NCBI GenBank assembly: GCA_026770705.1
Contig: JANJGN010000049.1
Location: forward strand, 4,278,001 to 4,342,000
Direction of reading: 5' to 3'
DNA: 64,000 nt
Source: Isurus oxyrinchus
Lineage: Eukaryota
Below, piece after piece: positions 38,801 to 53,200 of the stretch. A model generated the notes under the pieces. That model was not told where the DNA came from and searched no databases. It was given only the letters and a program-made list of their open reading frames with translations. A program made the translations under genes and the position numbers. Positions within the stretch are counted from its first letter, which is position 1, and every line of letters starts with the position of its first letter.

Positions 38801-40639
38801 ATCACTGGAAGAGACCCTGTCTCAGTTTATATTCATCTAGACCCTGTATCAGTAATCATTGTAATGGATCCTGACTCAGTTGATATTAGTCCATAACTTG
38901 TATCATTAATCACTGTAATTGTCCCTGTCTTGGTTTATATTAATGCAGACATTGTCTCAGTAATCACTGTAAAAGACCCTGTCTCAGTTTACATCAGTCC
39001 ATCCATTGTAACAGTAATCACTGTTACAGACCCTGTCTCATTTGCTATTAATCCATACCTTGCATCAGTAATCACTGAAGCTGACCCTGACTTAGTTTAT
39101 ATCAATCCATATCTTGTATTGGTGATCACTGTAATAGACCATGTCTCTGTTTATATTAATCTAGACCAGGTATTAGTAATCATTGTAACAGTCTCTGTCA
39201 GGTTATTCTAATCCATACCATATATCAATAATCACTTTAATAGAACTTGTCTTTGTTTATATTAATCCAGACCCTGTTTCAGTAATCACTGTAATCGGCC
39301 CTGTCTCAGTTGATATGAATCCGTTCTTGTATCAGTAATCGTTGTAATAGACTCTGTCTCAATTTGTATTAAAACATAATTTGTATCAGTAATCACTGTA
39401 ATATACCTTGTCTCCATTCATATTAGTCTAGACTATTTATCATTAATAACTATGACAGTCTCAGCTTATATTAACCCAGACAATGCATCAGTGACAACTG
39501 TAATAGACAGTTTCTCATTTGGTATGAATCCATTCTTTGTGTCAGAATTACTGTAATAGACCCTGCCTCAGTTGATATGCATTCATAGCTTGTATCAGTT
39601 ATCTCTGCAATAGACCCTGTGTCAGTTTATATTAATACAGAAATTGTGTTGGTAATTATTGTAATAGATCCTGCCTAAGTTTATGTTAATCTAAAACTTG
39701 TATCAGTAGTCACTGTGATAAGCACAGCCTCAGCTGATATCAATCCATACCTTGTACCAATAATCAGTGTAAGAGACTCTATCTCAGTTTATATTAATAC
39801 AGACCTTGTATCAGTAATCACTGTGATAGACCATGTCTCTTTTTATATTAATACAGACATTGTATTGGTAATTACTGTAATAGACCCTGCCCGCAGCCAA
39901 TATTAATTTAGACTCTGTATCAATAATCATTATGATTGACCCTGTCTCAATTTATATGAATATAGACCCTGTATCAGGAATCACTGTAATAGACCCTGCA
40001 TCAGTTTATATGAATCTTTATCTTGCATCAGTACTCTCTGTAATAGATCCAGTCATAGCTTAAATTAATCTTGGTCCTGTATTAGTAATCAATGTAATAG
40101 GCCCTGTCTCCATTTATATTAATCTCGGCTCTGTATCAGTAATCAATGGAATAGGCCCTGTCTCAGCTTATATTAACCGAGGCACTGTATCTATAATTAC
40201 TGCACAATGCCCCTACTCCGCTTATAATACTTAGGGTCTGTTAAGTTATTACTGCACTAGACTCTATTTTAGTCAATACCAATTTCGCCCCTGTATCAGT
40301 AATTACTCTAACAATCCCTGTCGCAGTTTATATAAATCTGGGCCCTGTGTCTGTAATCACTGTGGAAGATGCTATCTCAGGTTGTTTTATTCTAAGCCCT
40401 GTATCAGCATTCACTGTAATAGGCCCTGTCTCAGTTTATAGTAACCAAGGCACTGTATCTATAAGTACTACACAATGCCCCTACTCTGCTTATAATATTT
40501 AGGGTCTGTTAAGTTATTACTGCACTAGACTCTATTTTAGTTAATACCAATCTCCACCCTGTTTCTGTAATAGACATTCAGATTAATCTAGAACCTGAAT
40601 CAGTAATCACTGCACTATGTTCTGTCTCGGTTTAAATTC

Positions 40640-42530
40640 ATCTAGAGACTGTCTCCTTCTTCACAGTCATTCCCTCAGGATTGAGGATGACATGCTGCCA
40701 TGCCACTTCGATATGTTCTGATTTGGCTGTTAAGCCCAATGCACCACCTGTAGACTCTGCTAAAGATGGTTGGACCTAGGGCATTACTCTAATGAACAAC
40801 TGCAGTGATGTTCTGGAACTGAGATGATTGATCTCCAACAACCACAACCATCTTCGTCTGTGTTACATATGACACCGACCAACAGAGAGTTTCCCCGCAG
40901 ATTCCCATTGACTCCAGTTTTGCTGAGACTTGTTGATGCCACAATCTGACAGATGCTGCCTTGATATCAAAGGCAGTTGCTCTCACCTCAACTTTAGATT
41001 TTAGCTCATTTGTCCATGTTTGGACCAAGGCTGTAATGGGATCAGGAGCTGAGTGACCCTGGCGTGACTCCCCTGAAGGATATTAGTGGACATCAGCCTT
41101 CCCGAATAAGCTTCTTTGATTTTGGTCAGCCACAAACTAGGGACCCCCATGAATTGGCAGATATGTTCAAACATTTCTGGGATGCTTTGAGCACATCCCT
41201 CAAGCACTCTATTTGCCTCCTGCCAAGACAGAGTTCCAAGTGGATTAATGACTCTCAGAGTTTTGTGTTAGGCATGCAAACTATATGTTCCATCCAGCAC
41301 AGCCACTATTGAGTGATGAGGGTCTCTCTGCTGGGCATGTTGGTTTGAGAAAGGACACTGCTGTTTGACTGCCTTTCCTCACAGTGGGTTTGTAGAACAT
41401 TCTAACAACACTGCTGGTGTTAATTCTTCAGAGCATAGAGGTGCCTACTCAACCTTGTCCAAGTCTCAGAAGCATTTAGGTGCATGGAAATCACTGCTGC
41501 CCAGTATACCATGGCCAGAGACTTGGGTTTGGAATTCTAGTCCTCAAATACACCGATCGTCTATTGGACGAAGGCTGGCCTGCCGCATTAGACTCGATGA
41601 TGAGCTTTGCTGCCTATTTCTGCCTTCCTAGAGAGGAGTCTTCCAAGGTATTGAAGAAGATCCACATTTTCAGGATCTTGCCATTGGGGGAGGTTTTGTG
41701 GTCTGGGGGCTGTTTGGAAGTGAGTCGTATCTCTCTGGGTGTTCACTGAAAAGCCAATTTTTTCATATCCTTCAAAGAAGTTGTCAGCAATAAACTGGAG
41801 CTCAGTTTTCAGTAAGGGTGCACACAAGAACCAAAAAATTACTGAAGCTCAGTGAATGATGCTGGGAGATTTTGGTTTTGGATTGAAGATGGTGTAGGAT
41901 CAACAGTTTCCTGTCTGTTCGCTAGATTATCTCCACACCTGTGGGTAATCTTCTGGAGGTGAGGTGAACTATTACATAGAGAAAACAATGAGGAGAGGGT
42001 TGGTGCGGTGACACAAGCCTGTTTGACCCCAGTTTTCACTGAGGTATGATCTGTGCTGGTTCCACTGGTGAGGATCAGGGCTTGCATTCCCTTGTGGAAC
42101 AGATGGAGGATGGTGAAAAATTTCTGACAGCACCAACTTTGAGGGGATACTCCATATGCCTTAATCGTCGGCAGAGGAAAAGATAATTGTGATGCGGAGC
42201 AAGGCTGTTTGCAGAGATTGGTGGTGCTCCTGGCATTTCTGGTGGATTTGCCACGCAGTGAACACCATGGTGCCTCTCGATGAGAGAAAATGTCACTGCG
42301 TCTCGGTAAAGAGCTCTGCAGTCATGGTAAGGTTGTGACTAAGGAGGATGCTTGCAATAATCTTCCCTCTGGAAGACAGCAAAAGGGCTCCTTTCGGGTT
42401 ACTGCAATCGGACTTGTCTCCCTTCTTGATTAGACTCATAATCAGAGCATTCCTGAGCTCCCTTTGCATGCAGTCCCCTTCCCATGTGAGGGATATGAGG
42501 TTGTACACCCATGTCAGGTCATGTATCGTT
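40640..42530 (-). mobile_element. RTE-clade LINE remnant with a nested fragment of the second LINE family (~40790-41075)
   Basis: KKGDKSDCSN..LLSSRGKIIASILL and VKTGVKQACVTAPTL RTE-type RT motifs; nested AFDIKAASVRLWHQ. Confidence 0.8.
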
Positions 42531-43386
42531 AATGGCTGCACTAGATTCTGTTCTGTTCATTTTAACCCAGGTCCAGTATCAGTAATCACAGAACCTGACC
42601 CTCCCTCACTTTATATCAACCTAGGCCTTACATCAGTAATCACCGCACTTGCCCCTGCCCCAGTTTATATTCACCAAGGCTCTTAATCAGTAATTCATTC
42701 ACCAGGCATTGTCTCAGTTTACATTAATCTCTGCACAACAACAGTCATCGCTGCACTAGGCACTGCCCCAGTTTATATCAATCTAGGTCTTGTATCAGTA
42801 ATCATTGCACATTACCATGACTCAATTCATTTAAATCTAGACCCTGTTACACTAATCACTGCTACTAGACCTCGTCTCAGTTTATATTCATCCAGGGGCT
42901 TAATAAGTAATTCCTTCACTAGGCCCTGTTTCAATTGATATTAATCTAGGCCCTGTATCGTCAATTACTGCACTAGGCCCTGCCTCTGTTATTACTGATC
43001 AAACCCTGTATCATCAGCCAGTGGACTTGACCGTGTCTCCGTTTATATTGATCAAACCCTGTATCATAAATCACTGCCCCTAGGCGCTGTATGTAAGTAT
43101 TTTCCTCCAGTTACTTTATATGTAATAGCTGCAGTGGATTCAGCCTCAGTTTTTGTGCTCTAGACAATGTCACTGTTACTGTTACAGCCGAACCTATTTC
43201 ATCTAATATTAAAATAGTCCATATCTCTATTTCTATTAAATTAGGCTAGTCTGAGTTATGACCTTCAAGCCGGAGTGCTTTTAAATTACACAAGGATGTT
43301 CCTCAGTTAGTCTGATCCAAACACTGTTTATGTTTACAGCACACTAGGCCATAGCTCATTTAAGATTACACTAAACACCATCTCAT

Positions 43387-43512
43387 AGATAGATAGATGG
43401 ATAGATAGATAGATAGATAGATTGGAAGATAGATAGATAGATAGGCAAGCTTCATGAAACGCATTTAATCTCTTATCTCTCTCTCTCTCTGTCTGTCTCT
43501 CTCTCTCTCTCA
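43387..43512. repeat. (GATA)n and (TC)n microsatellites
   Basis: Directly visible. Confidence 0.9.
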
Positions 43513-44629
43513 ACAGCTCAGCATTTGACCTCTTTTCTTTCCAAAACAGCAACTTACTCACTTAAACTGTCTTAGACACAACATAAATTATTTAACCCCA
43601 CTCTTACACAGAGGCCATTTAACTCTCTTGTCCCTTTACCAGACAACACATGATTCATTTAAAACATTCTTTACCCGAAGAGTCATCCGTGAAGGATTTT
43701 TTTATTTTTTTTATTTTTTTCTCTCAGCGATAATCCTTAATCCACCTCCACCTTCAATAAACATGCTACAACCAATAGAAATTCATATGTTTTGTTATTT
43801 TATATGGGAATGGAGGTGAATGCAATGTAAAAACTAGGAACAATCTATGCTGTGCTTCTTGATGCTGTCAGAGTGATTTCACCCTCACAGGCAGGAAGAC
43901 TGTTCATGGTGATAACATGAAACTGACGGCTGCTGTTTCATTCTCAGGTAACACAACTTCCTGTTTCTCTGCTGCTGGTTCCTATCTTCACATCTCACTT
44001 CTGAGCAGAAAATAAATCTAGGGGCCACAATCTGGTGGAAACATCTGTCAAGGCGGCCTATACCTGGCCACAGAGTCACACAGATCACATTGCGGTGAGA
44101 TTTACAAATGGGGCTGCTGTGATCTATTTCTATTTCAAGTTGCCATTCCAGGCCATAACTGGATGTGTCTGTGGATCATTCACTGAACTTCCCCTGTTCT
44201 CTAAAGCCGGGAAATGACCACTTGCTCCCTTATATTTTGTGACATTTCCTCTGTGTTGCTTGTTGGCTTTAATTCTGAACTTACCTCTCTCGCCGCCTCT
44301 TCCTTATTTCTCCTTAACCTCGCTCAGTCTTATGCTCTGTGTCAGTTCTGGCATCTCTCTCCATCTCTACATCTCTTTCATATACATGTTCAAAATCATT
44401 AAGGGTTTGATAGCATAAATAAAGAGACCCCGGTTCAGCTGGCACAACAATCAGCGATTAGAGTTGACAGAATCAGATTAATTCAACTGGATGGTGAGAT
44501 GAGAACTGATTTTGTTAACACGGTGAGTTGTCATGAGCTGGAATGAACAACCTGAAATGATAGTAGAAGCGAATTCAACTTTGGAAAGAGGATACATACT
44601 TTAGAGCTAGAAAACTGTAAGATAATAGA

Positions 44630-45780
44630 AACATAGAACCCTAGAAAAGTTATGGTGCAGAAAGAGGCCAATCAGCCCATTGTGATTGCACTGGCCAAAA
44701 ATAAAAGAAACTCGCCGCTCATTTTAATCCCACTTCCCAGCACCTGGTAAATAGACTTGCAGGTTACAGCAGTTCAGGTGCAGATCCAGGTGCCTTTCAA
44801 ATGGGTTGACTGTTTCTACTTCAACCACCAACTTATGCAGTGAATTCCAGATGTCCACCACCCTCTGGGTGAAAAGGTTTTTCCTCATGTCCCCTCTAAT
44901 CTGTCTACCAATCACCTTAAATCTCTTCCCCCTGGTAATTGACGGCTCAGTGACGAGGAACAACTCTTCCCTGTCTGCCCTATCTAGGCCCCTCGTCATT
45001 TTGTACACCTGAGTCATGTCATCCCTTAGCCTTCTCTGTTCTAAGGACAACAGCCCTAGCCTATCTAATCTCTCCTCATAGCTGCTATTTTCAAGCCCTT
45101 GCAACATTCTTGTAAATCTCCTCCAAGCTCTCTGTGAGCGATTATGTTTTCCTGTAACGTGGTGACCAGGATTGTACGCAAAGCTCCAGCTGTAGCTGAA
45201 CCAGCGTTTTACACAGTTCCATTATTACATTCTTGCTTTTCTCTTCAACACCTCACCCAATAAAGGAAAACATTCCATATGTTTTCTTGACTAACTTGTC
45301 CACCTGTCCCGCCAACTTTTGGGGAGCTGTGAACATCCACCCAAAGGTTTCGCACTTCCTCAACCTCTCAATATCTTCCTGTTTATTGAGAATTCCTTTA
45401 CTTTGTCCACTCCACCCTCTCAAAAGCATTAGCTCACACTTCTCCAGATTGAATTGCATTTGCCACTTTGCCTACTCAACCAAACCAGTAATGTCATTTT
45501 GGAATCAACAGCTATTCTCTCCACTATCAACTACACGGCCAATTTTTGCATCAGCTGCAAATTTCCTAATCATGCCTCCCACGTTTAAGTCTGAGTTATT
45601 AATACATATAACAAACAGCAAGAGCCCAGCACTGAGCGCTTTGGAAAAACACTGGGAACCGTTTCCCTTTCGCAGAAACACCTATTGACCATCACCCTTT
45701 GTTTCCTGTCGTGAGACAAATTTGGATCCAACTTGCCACCTTGCCCTGCATCCCCTGAGATCTCACTTTCCTGACAATTG
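44630..45780 (-). mobile_element. CR1-clade LINE 3' portion
   Basis: SYEERLDRLGLLSLEQRRLRDD..FTQRVVDIWNSL; MQFNLEKCE. Confidence 0.9.
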
Positions 45781-48700
45781 GGGAATGTAACTCATTGGAC
45801 AGATCTGTAAAAGAGCCGACACAGGCACGATGAGTTTAAGGCCTTTTTCAATGATTTTCTGCCTTTTTTACTGTTTATTTTTCTGTATTTATGTATCTTC
45901 TTGTTACAGTATCATTTCGGTACCTCCTCTGTCATTTATTGGGCCCAAATAAAATATGATAATTACACAGTTTACCTGGTGGGCTAATCCTAACGTCTGA
46001 AAGTGCCTGCACGTGTAATGCTGATAACTGTCAGGTATCTTTCAAGATTTTATTTATAAACTCCAAGTGAATGTCACTGGATCGAACATTGATCATGAAA
46101 TCTCCAACTCCTGAATCTCTGTGGCACTGAATATTGCACGGAGGAAATTTTGCTATTTGACCTTTTCATTCACAATGCGAATCAAGCAGAAGATTGAGCT
46201 GTCAAATTCGGCCCCTGTGCATCTGTGCAAATCCAAAACTGCAGGATAAACTGTGACGGAACAGATCCGTTTCTTTCCCTCTGTCAGGTACATCACTGTC
46301 ACTTCAGATATCAGAAACCTCTGCAGCCTCCATGTCCTCATTGCCTCCCCCTTGGGTATAATCTTTCTTAGTCAGGTGGAGTCAATCACAAGGGCCATTG
46401 TCATGATATCTCCATGACTTTCTTATCACACAATTCCCTCCCCCACTCATCATTGCATAGGAGCCTGCACTATCCCCAAAACACCATTGTTTCCTTCCAG
46501 TTTGCTTTACAATAACATTCGGATTTCTTTGCACATCTACCTCGCTCAATGCAAGAGTACAAGCGGTAAAAACGACCTCTGTCATTCATACATTGCAGGC
46601 GGCCTCTGTGATCATTATTATACCAGGCTGCAGTCTGCCCGGGCCATGTAATCGCCACTTGTTTCATTAATCTAAATGGAAGAGTTTTGTTTTAGTGAAC
46701 GCGCACATCAAACGTGTGATTGTGTCGCAGGAACCCCTGCCTGGCTGGACAGGGACACTGTGCCGGATTGTTCTGTCTGCTATATTCCCTCACCGAATCT
46801 GAGTATAAGAAAATATTGGGCAAAAAGACGAAAAGGCAATTAAACTTGAATTTACACTGACACCTGCAGAATCCATCCAGGTTATGGGGTCCAGTCTCTC
46901 TTTTTATTCATTCACGGCATGCAGGCTGCTGGCTGGGCCAGCATTTATTGCCCATCCCATATTGCCCTTGAGAAGGTGGTGGTGAGCTGCCTTCTTGAAC
47001 CACTGCAGTCCACATGGTGTCGGTACACCTGCATTGTTGTTAAGGAGAGAGTTATAGGATTTTATCTGGAGGGAGACTTGAACCCAAATATTTTGACCCA
47101 GGAGTGAGATTGCCGCCAAATATTCAACACGGACATGATCCGTTCACAGTTCCCTTCGCAAACATTATTCCAATCAGAATTCAATGGTCCTTGATTCTGT
47201 TATTCGGCAAATTATTTGGAACGTTTTCGGAATCACACGCACTAATGTATGACACCTTAACTTCGGTTTTGGCGCACTAGAGACCGACGGTGCTCTCAGC
47301 AGACTGGATTCAGTGATGTGTTCAGTAATACACTGCAACTTGCGGCTGTTAGTATTGGATCGAACACTGTCCTCGTTGCACTAAAATTAAACAATGCCTT
47401 TGCTGTAATCACACTGGACTCTGAGTCCGTTTTTATTGCACTGCCTCCTATTTCGGTAAATTACTACACTCCACTCCAGCCAGAAAATAACCTGCTTATC
47501 CATCCAATTTAATATACGCCTATTATTATGGGAACATTGTTCCCGTCCATTTTCAACAGTAACATGTTCCTAACATTGATGAATTTGACAGTCCTCACTT
47601 AGTGATACACTGGCACCTATTTCGGATATCATTGTGCAAAATATTGTATCCATTATCATTAAACAAAGACTTGTTTCTTCTATCTTTATGCTAGGACCTT
47701 TCTCTGCTATTAATGCAGTAGTACATATCTTTGTTTATATTACACCGGGTCCTGTCTCTGTTATTACCGCACTAGATTATCTCTGTTTCTATTACAACAG
47801 GCCCTACCTTTGTTAATACTGCACTAGCCCATATCTCTGTTTGAAATACATCTACCCTGCATCTGTTTATGCTACAAAGAGCCTGAGTCATTACATGGAA
47901 TATACAGCATAGGAGCAGAATATGCAGTGCGAAAAGGATTAGTGCAGTTGTAGTGGAAAGAGTGGAAGAAACACTCAAAGGTTGCAGAAACAAAAGAGTG
48001 AAAATTCCCTGGAGATCAAGAAATGTTTCAACCCTTTCCATCCCTCGGAGTAATAAATCACAGAATACATTTGTATTAACCTCACAACAGGTACAGTTTC
48101 AATTTGTCCATTTTGCTTCCACAAATGATCACAGACTCACTGTATAGACAGGAAATTCTGTGAGATGCTGCTGTGATCATTTTCCAATAAGCTGCCCTTA
48201 TTCTCGAAGTGATGTAATCCACATTCCATCTGATCACCTGAGACAGATAACTCCAGCCGGGAAATGACATAGACAGTCTGAAATCACTTTATAAACAAGA
48301 GCACACAGCAGAATGGTTATTAGTAAATAGTTACAATATTAAACGATCTTCAGCTGAAATACATGAATTGTTCTTTTTGGGGTGTTAACACATTCATTGA
48401 AGTTGCAGAAACACCGTGAGGTGTGTGCGTGAGAGAAAGAGAGAGAGAGAGAGTGAAGGACAGTTAGACGGACAGTGAGTTATACGCTGCATCAGTTAGA
48501 GGGGCGAGCGAGAGACTGGTGATTGGCACCTTCATCTAAGTAACGAAATGGCCAGTATGCCATGACTTTCTACACAATGGTACAGAATAGTAAATGCGAC
48601 CGATATTGTTTTTTCTGCATTAAAAGATCGGCAGCCACAATTTGAATAAGAGAAAATGAAATGCCAAAATAAAGGTGAAGATAAATTATTTATCTTTGAG

Positions 48701-48909
48701 GAATTACAGTACAAGTATGAAGAATGATTCTCTTCATGAAAACATACAGAACAGGTGGCATCTGATACATGATACTGTCGACTATAATGAAACTGAATAT
48801 CAGGCGCTGCGTTGAATTGGCCACTGATCTCATGCCGCCCATCTTTGGCCAAGGCCAGGGACCATTTTCTAGCTCATTACCTTTATTTATATTATCTATC
48901 TATTTCACA

Positions 48910-50385
48910 TAGACACAGCCTAGCGCAGTAATAACAGAGACTGGATGTGGCTTAATTTAAGCTAAGGCATGGTCCTCTGAAGTAGTAATAGAGATCGGGA
49001 CTAGTGCAAAAGAATGGAAAAGGGGTCTAGTTTAGTATTTAAAAGGCCGGGTCTAGTGCAATAATAACAGCAACTGCATCTTCTGTAACTTGTGAGACAT
49101 GATCTGGTAGATTACAAACAGAGATAGGGCTAATGTAATATAAGCAGAGACATGTAGTAGTGCAGCAACAACTAAAACAATGCTTAGTGCTGTATATAGG
49201 GACCATTAGTCCAGCGCAGTAAGAACTGGGACTTTGCCGTGTGTAACACAAAAAGAGACATGGTATAGTTCCAGAACAACTGAGATGGGGCCAAGCACTG
49301 ATATAACTGAGGCAGGAACTGGTGTAATATTATGATAGGATCCATTTGGATATAAACCGAGACAGGGTCAGGTGCAGCAATACTGAGACAGGGCCGAGTG
49401 CACCAAATATTGCTACAACATCTTCAATAATTGAAAAGGAAACTGGGTCAAGTTGAATAATTACTGAGACAAGGTCCAGCGTATTATTAACAGACGTGGC
49501 CTTGTGTAATATAATCACAGGCATGGTCTACACTGCATACAAAAAGACAGGGTCTATTTCAATATAAACACATGCAAGGAAACGACCAGCCGAATGTCAG
49601 GAGAGACATGACCTAGATTGACATGAACAGAGAGATGATCTAGTGTAACATAAATAGAAATGTGATCTTGTGGATTATAAAGTGAGGCAGTGCTGGGTGA
49701 AAGAATAGATGAGGCAGTAGCGTGTGTAATTTGAACAGAGACATGGACTGACGAAGTAAAAAAAAAGACAGAATCTAGTCTAAGGAAACTGACACCGAGT
49801 CTAATGCAGTTTTACTTGATAAAGGACCTTGTGCAATATAAATTAAAATAAGGCCTAGTGCAATCACTCCCAGCCAAGTACCTAGATTAATGTCAATAGA
49901 AACATGGACAAGTGCAGCAATGAGAGAGACATATTATAGTACAATAGTAACAGAGAAGGGACATTGTGTGATATAAACAGAGAAATTTATATGTGCAGCA
50001 TTAACTGTGAAATCGTCAAGTTCAGTATAAACTTGGCAGAGTAAAAAGTGAGACACAGCCTCGTGTGATGCAAACATGAGCATGTTCTGGTTTAGTATTA
50101 AAAGAGACAGGGCCAAGTTCAGTAACAATTGAGACATGACCTAATGTCATGTTAGCCGAGAGCTTGTTCAGTGCAGTCATAACTGAGAGAAGGTTTGACA
50201 CAATACAAAGAGGGCCCGGATCAGGTATATCAACAACAGAGATTGGGCTGAGTAAGGAAACAAATAGACATGATCTACTGTAAAATGATCAGAAATATGA
50301 TCCTGTGATATGATCAGAGACGGAGTCTAGTTTAATTCGAACAGAGATAAAGCCCATTGCTGTAACAATGACACAATGTCTGTTT
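48910..50385 (-). repeat. Ancient, degenerate copy of the 27/54-bp satellite in reverse orientation
   Basis: Recurring actgagacagggtc..gtgcag.aa / gt.taatataaac units; similar remnants at ~18340-18720, 24890-25110, 26960-27470, 47230-47900 and 54545-54970. Confidence 0.75.
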
Positions 50386-50408
50386 AATGTAAAGCAACCT
50401 CGGCTTCA

Positions 50409-50422
50409 CTGCCATCTGCTGG
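50409..50422 (-). promoter_or_regulatory. CTCF core motif (reverse)
   Basis: Minus strand reads CCAGCAGATGGCAG. Confidence 0.55.
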
Positions 50423-50679
50423 ACAAACGCTGCTATAGACAATGCCGTGTAAATGCTAATTTCAGTTAATGCTTGTGATATAAATCATTGAATCATGGAA
50501 TGCTTGCAGCACAGAAGGAGGCCTGTAAAGCTTAGGAGATTTTGAGATATAAAACAATTTTAGTTAATATATCCATGTTCCGAATTCTTGATTTATATTA
50601 ATGGAGTATTTAATTGTGCCTGACCTACAAAGTTCCCAATAAGTGGCATTTATGGATCAAGTAAAATTTATGAAGCAAT

Positions 50680-53200
50680 ATTTTCAGGAAGATAGTTCCA
50701 AAGACTCACGACCCAGAGCGAGAAAGAAAAATCGCCTCATCTACGTTTTAAAGGAGCAGCGCCTTATGTTTAAACAGTGATCCCCAGTTCCAGATTCTCC
50801 CATAAGAGGAAACAGCCTCTGCATACCCTCGCTATCAAGGACCCCCAGAATCTTACATGTTTCAACCAAATCGCCTGTTACTCTTCTAAACTCCAGCCTG
50901 GCCTGTCTAATCTTTCCTCATTAAACAATCCGCCAATTCCAGGTATGAGTCTGGTAAACTTTCTCTGAACCGATTCTAACGCATTTACATCCTTCCACAA
51001 ATAAGGCGACCAAAACTGCACACAGTACTCCAGATGTGGCCTCACTAGTGCTTTGTGTAACCGAAGCATAGCATCCCTACTTTTTAATTCGATTCCCCTT
51101 TCAATAAATAATAACTTTCTATTTACTAATTACTTGCTGAACCTGCATACTAGCCTTTTGTGATTCACGCACTTAGACATCCAGATCACTGAATCTCAGA
51201 GCTCTGCAATCTCTCACCATTTAGATAATATGCTTCTCTTTTTTTCTTCCTGCCAAAATGGACAATTTCAAATTTCTAATATTATACTCCGTTAGCCAGA
51301 CCTTTGCCCACTCACTTTATCTATCTATGTATTTTGTAGCCTCCTTATGTCCTCTTCACAACGTACCTTCCTACGTATCTTGGTGTCATCAGCAAATTTG
51401 ACAACCATCCCTTCCATCCCTTCATGCAACTCATTTATATAATTGTAAACAGTTGAGGTCCTAGCACTGAGTCCTTTGGCACACCACTCGTTACACCTTG
51501 CCAACCTGAAAGTTCCATTTTTGCCTGCTCTCTGCTTCCTGATAGCCAGCCAATCTTCTATCCATACTAATATGTTACCCTATATACCATGGGCATTTGT
51601 AATAATCTTTGATATGGCACTTTATCCAATGCCTTCTGCCAACCTTACTGCAGTATATCCATCAGTTCCCATTTATCCACAGCCCATGTTACTTCCTCAA
51701 AATCATGCTGGCTCTCCCTGATTACCTTGGACTTATCAAAGTTATCTGCTACAGCTGTTTTTCATAGTAGCTTCTAACTTTTTCCCTATAACAGATGTCA
51801 AGCTAACTGGCCTGCACGTTCTGGCTTCCTGTCTCCTTCCCTTTTCTATCCCAAGCTAAAGGGACCTCCGCTGAATCTGGTGAGCTTGGAAAAACATTAA
51901 ACCAATGCATCAACTTTCTCACTAGCCACTTCTTTTCAGAACCCAAGATGAAGTCCATCAGGACCTGGGCAGTTGCCAGCCCACAGCTCCAACTATTTAC
52001 TCATTACCACGTCTTTGGTTATTGTAATTTTCCTGAGTTCCTCCCTACCATTCATTTCCTGATTTACAGATGCCTCTGGAATGTTAATTGTATCTTCTAT
52101 AGTAACTACTGATGCAAAGTACCTGTTCGATTCATCTGCCATTTCCGTGGTTTCCATTATCAGTTCTTCAAACTCACTTTCTCTGGTGCAAACGCTCACT
52201 TTGATAACTCGTTTATTTACAAAAAAATATTCATGGAAGCTCTTACTATCTGTTTTTAGATTTGTGGCTACCTTTCTTCCTTAGTCTATTTTATTCCCCT
52301 CCTTATTAAACTTTTAGTTATCTGAAGCTGTTCCTTCTCTTCTGCCCAATCTACTGGCATTCCTCCTATCATTGCACAATCATATATTTGCTTTCTTTAA
52401 GTTAGGTACTCTCGTTCACCTTTCTAGTTAACCGCGGATGGTGTGTTGTCCCTTGGACTTTTTTTACTTGCTGGAATGTATCTATTCTGTGTATCTTGAT
52501 ATATCCCCTAAAATGTTTACCATAACATCTCAATGAACCTATCCCTTAACTTAATTTGCCAATTCACTTTAGTCAGTTCTGCTTTCATGCCCTCATAATT
52601 GCCCTCATTCAGTCTTAAAAGCACAGTCTCAGACCTTCTCCTCTCTCCCTCAAACAGAATGTAAAATTCAATCATAAAATAGTCACGACTACCGAGTGGC
52701 GCCTTCACCATGAGGTCATTAATTAATCCCATCTCGTTGCACAATACCAGGTCTGGTATAGCCTGCTCTCTAGTTTCCTCGAAAACTAAGAAACAATCCC
52801 GGAAGCATTCTATCAGCTCCACATCTGGGCTACCTTTGCCCATGTGACTTTTCCCGTCCATACGTGGTTTAGAATCGCCCATGATTATGGTTGTGCCTTT
52901 CCGACAAGTTCCCAGTATTTTTTCCTTCATGTTACCATGTGGTTACTATTAGGAGGCCTGCACACGACTCCTACAAGCGATTTCTTTACTTTCCTATTTT
53001 TCATCTCTATCCAAACCGTTTCCACATCCTGGTTTCATGAGCTTGGGTCATCCCTCTCTATTCTGCTAAGCCATCATTAACTAGCGGATCCACCCCTCCA
53101 CCATTTATTCTCTTCATGTCCTTCCAAAATGCCCTTTGATATTGAAGTCCCAATCCATGTCCTCCTGCAGCCATGTCTGCAATGGCTATCAAATCGTTCT
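50680..53200 (-). mobile_element. CR1-clade LINE ORF2 remnant
   Basis: TREQAIPDLVLCNE (endonuclease), EMADESNRYFASVVT, ALVRPHLEYCVQFWSPYL..LESVQRKFTRLIPG. Confidence 0.9.

Larger units (their letters stand above)
31050..43250. repeat. 54-bp (2 x 27 bp) satellite array, interrupted by a Penelope element and LINEs
   Basis: Consensus atcagtaatcactgtaatagaccctgtctcagtttatattaatccagaccttgt; exact 54-bp period in 31541-31988; ORF track shows SVITVIDPVSVYINPDLV repeats. Confidence 0.95.

Noticed and set aside
32140-39906. Long V/I/S/D/P/N-rich ORFs (up to ~210 aa) in the satellite as a repeat-protein gene
   Set aside because: The 54-bp unit is a multiple of 3 and stop-free in one frame; frames break often, and no gene structure is visible.
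31050-40640. Satellite CACTGTA motifs as an array of cryptic RSS
   Set aside because: No A-rich nonamer at 12 or 23 spacing (position 12 gives TCAGTTTAT).
46150-48300. Cys/Trp-containing short ORFs as decayed Ig or TM exons
   Set aside because: No Ig-fold spacing, TM segment or consistent splice phase could be established.
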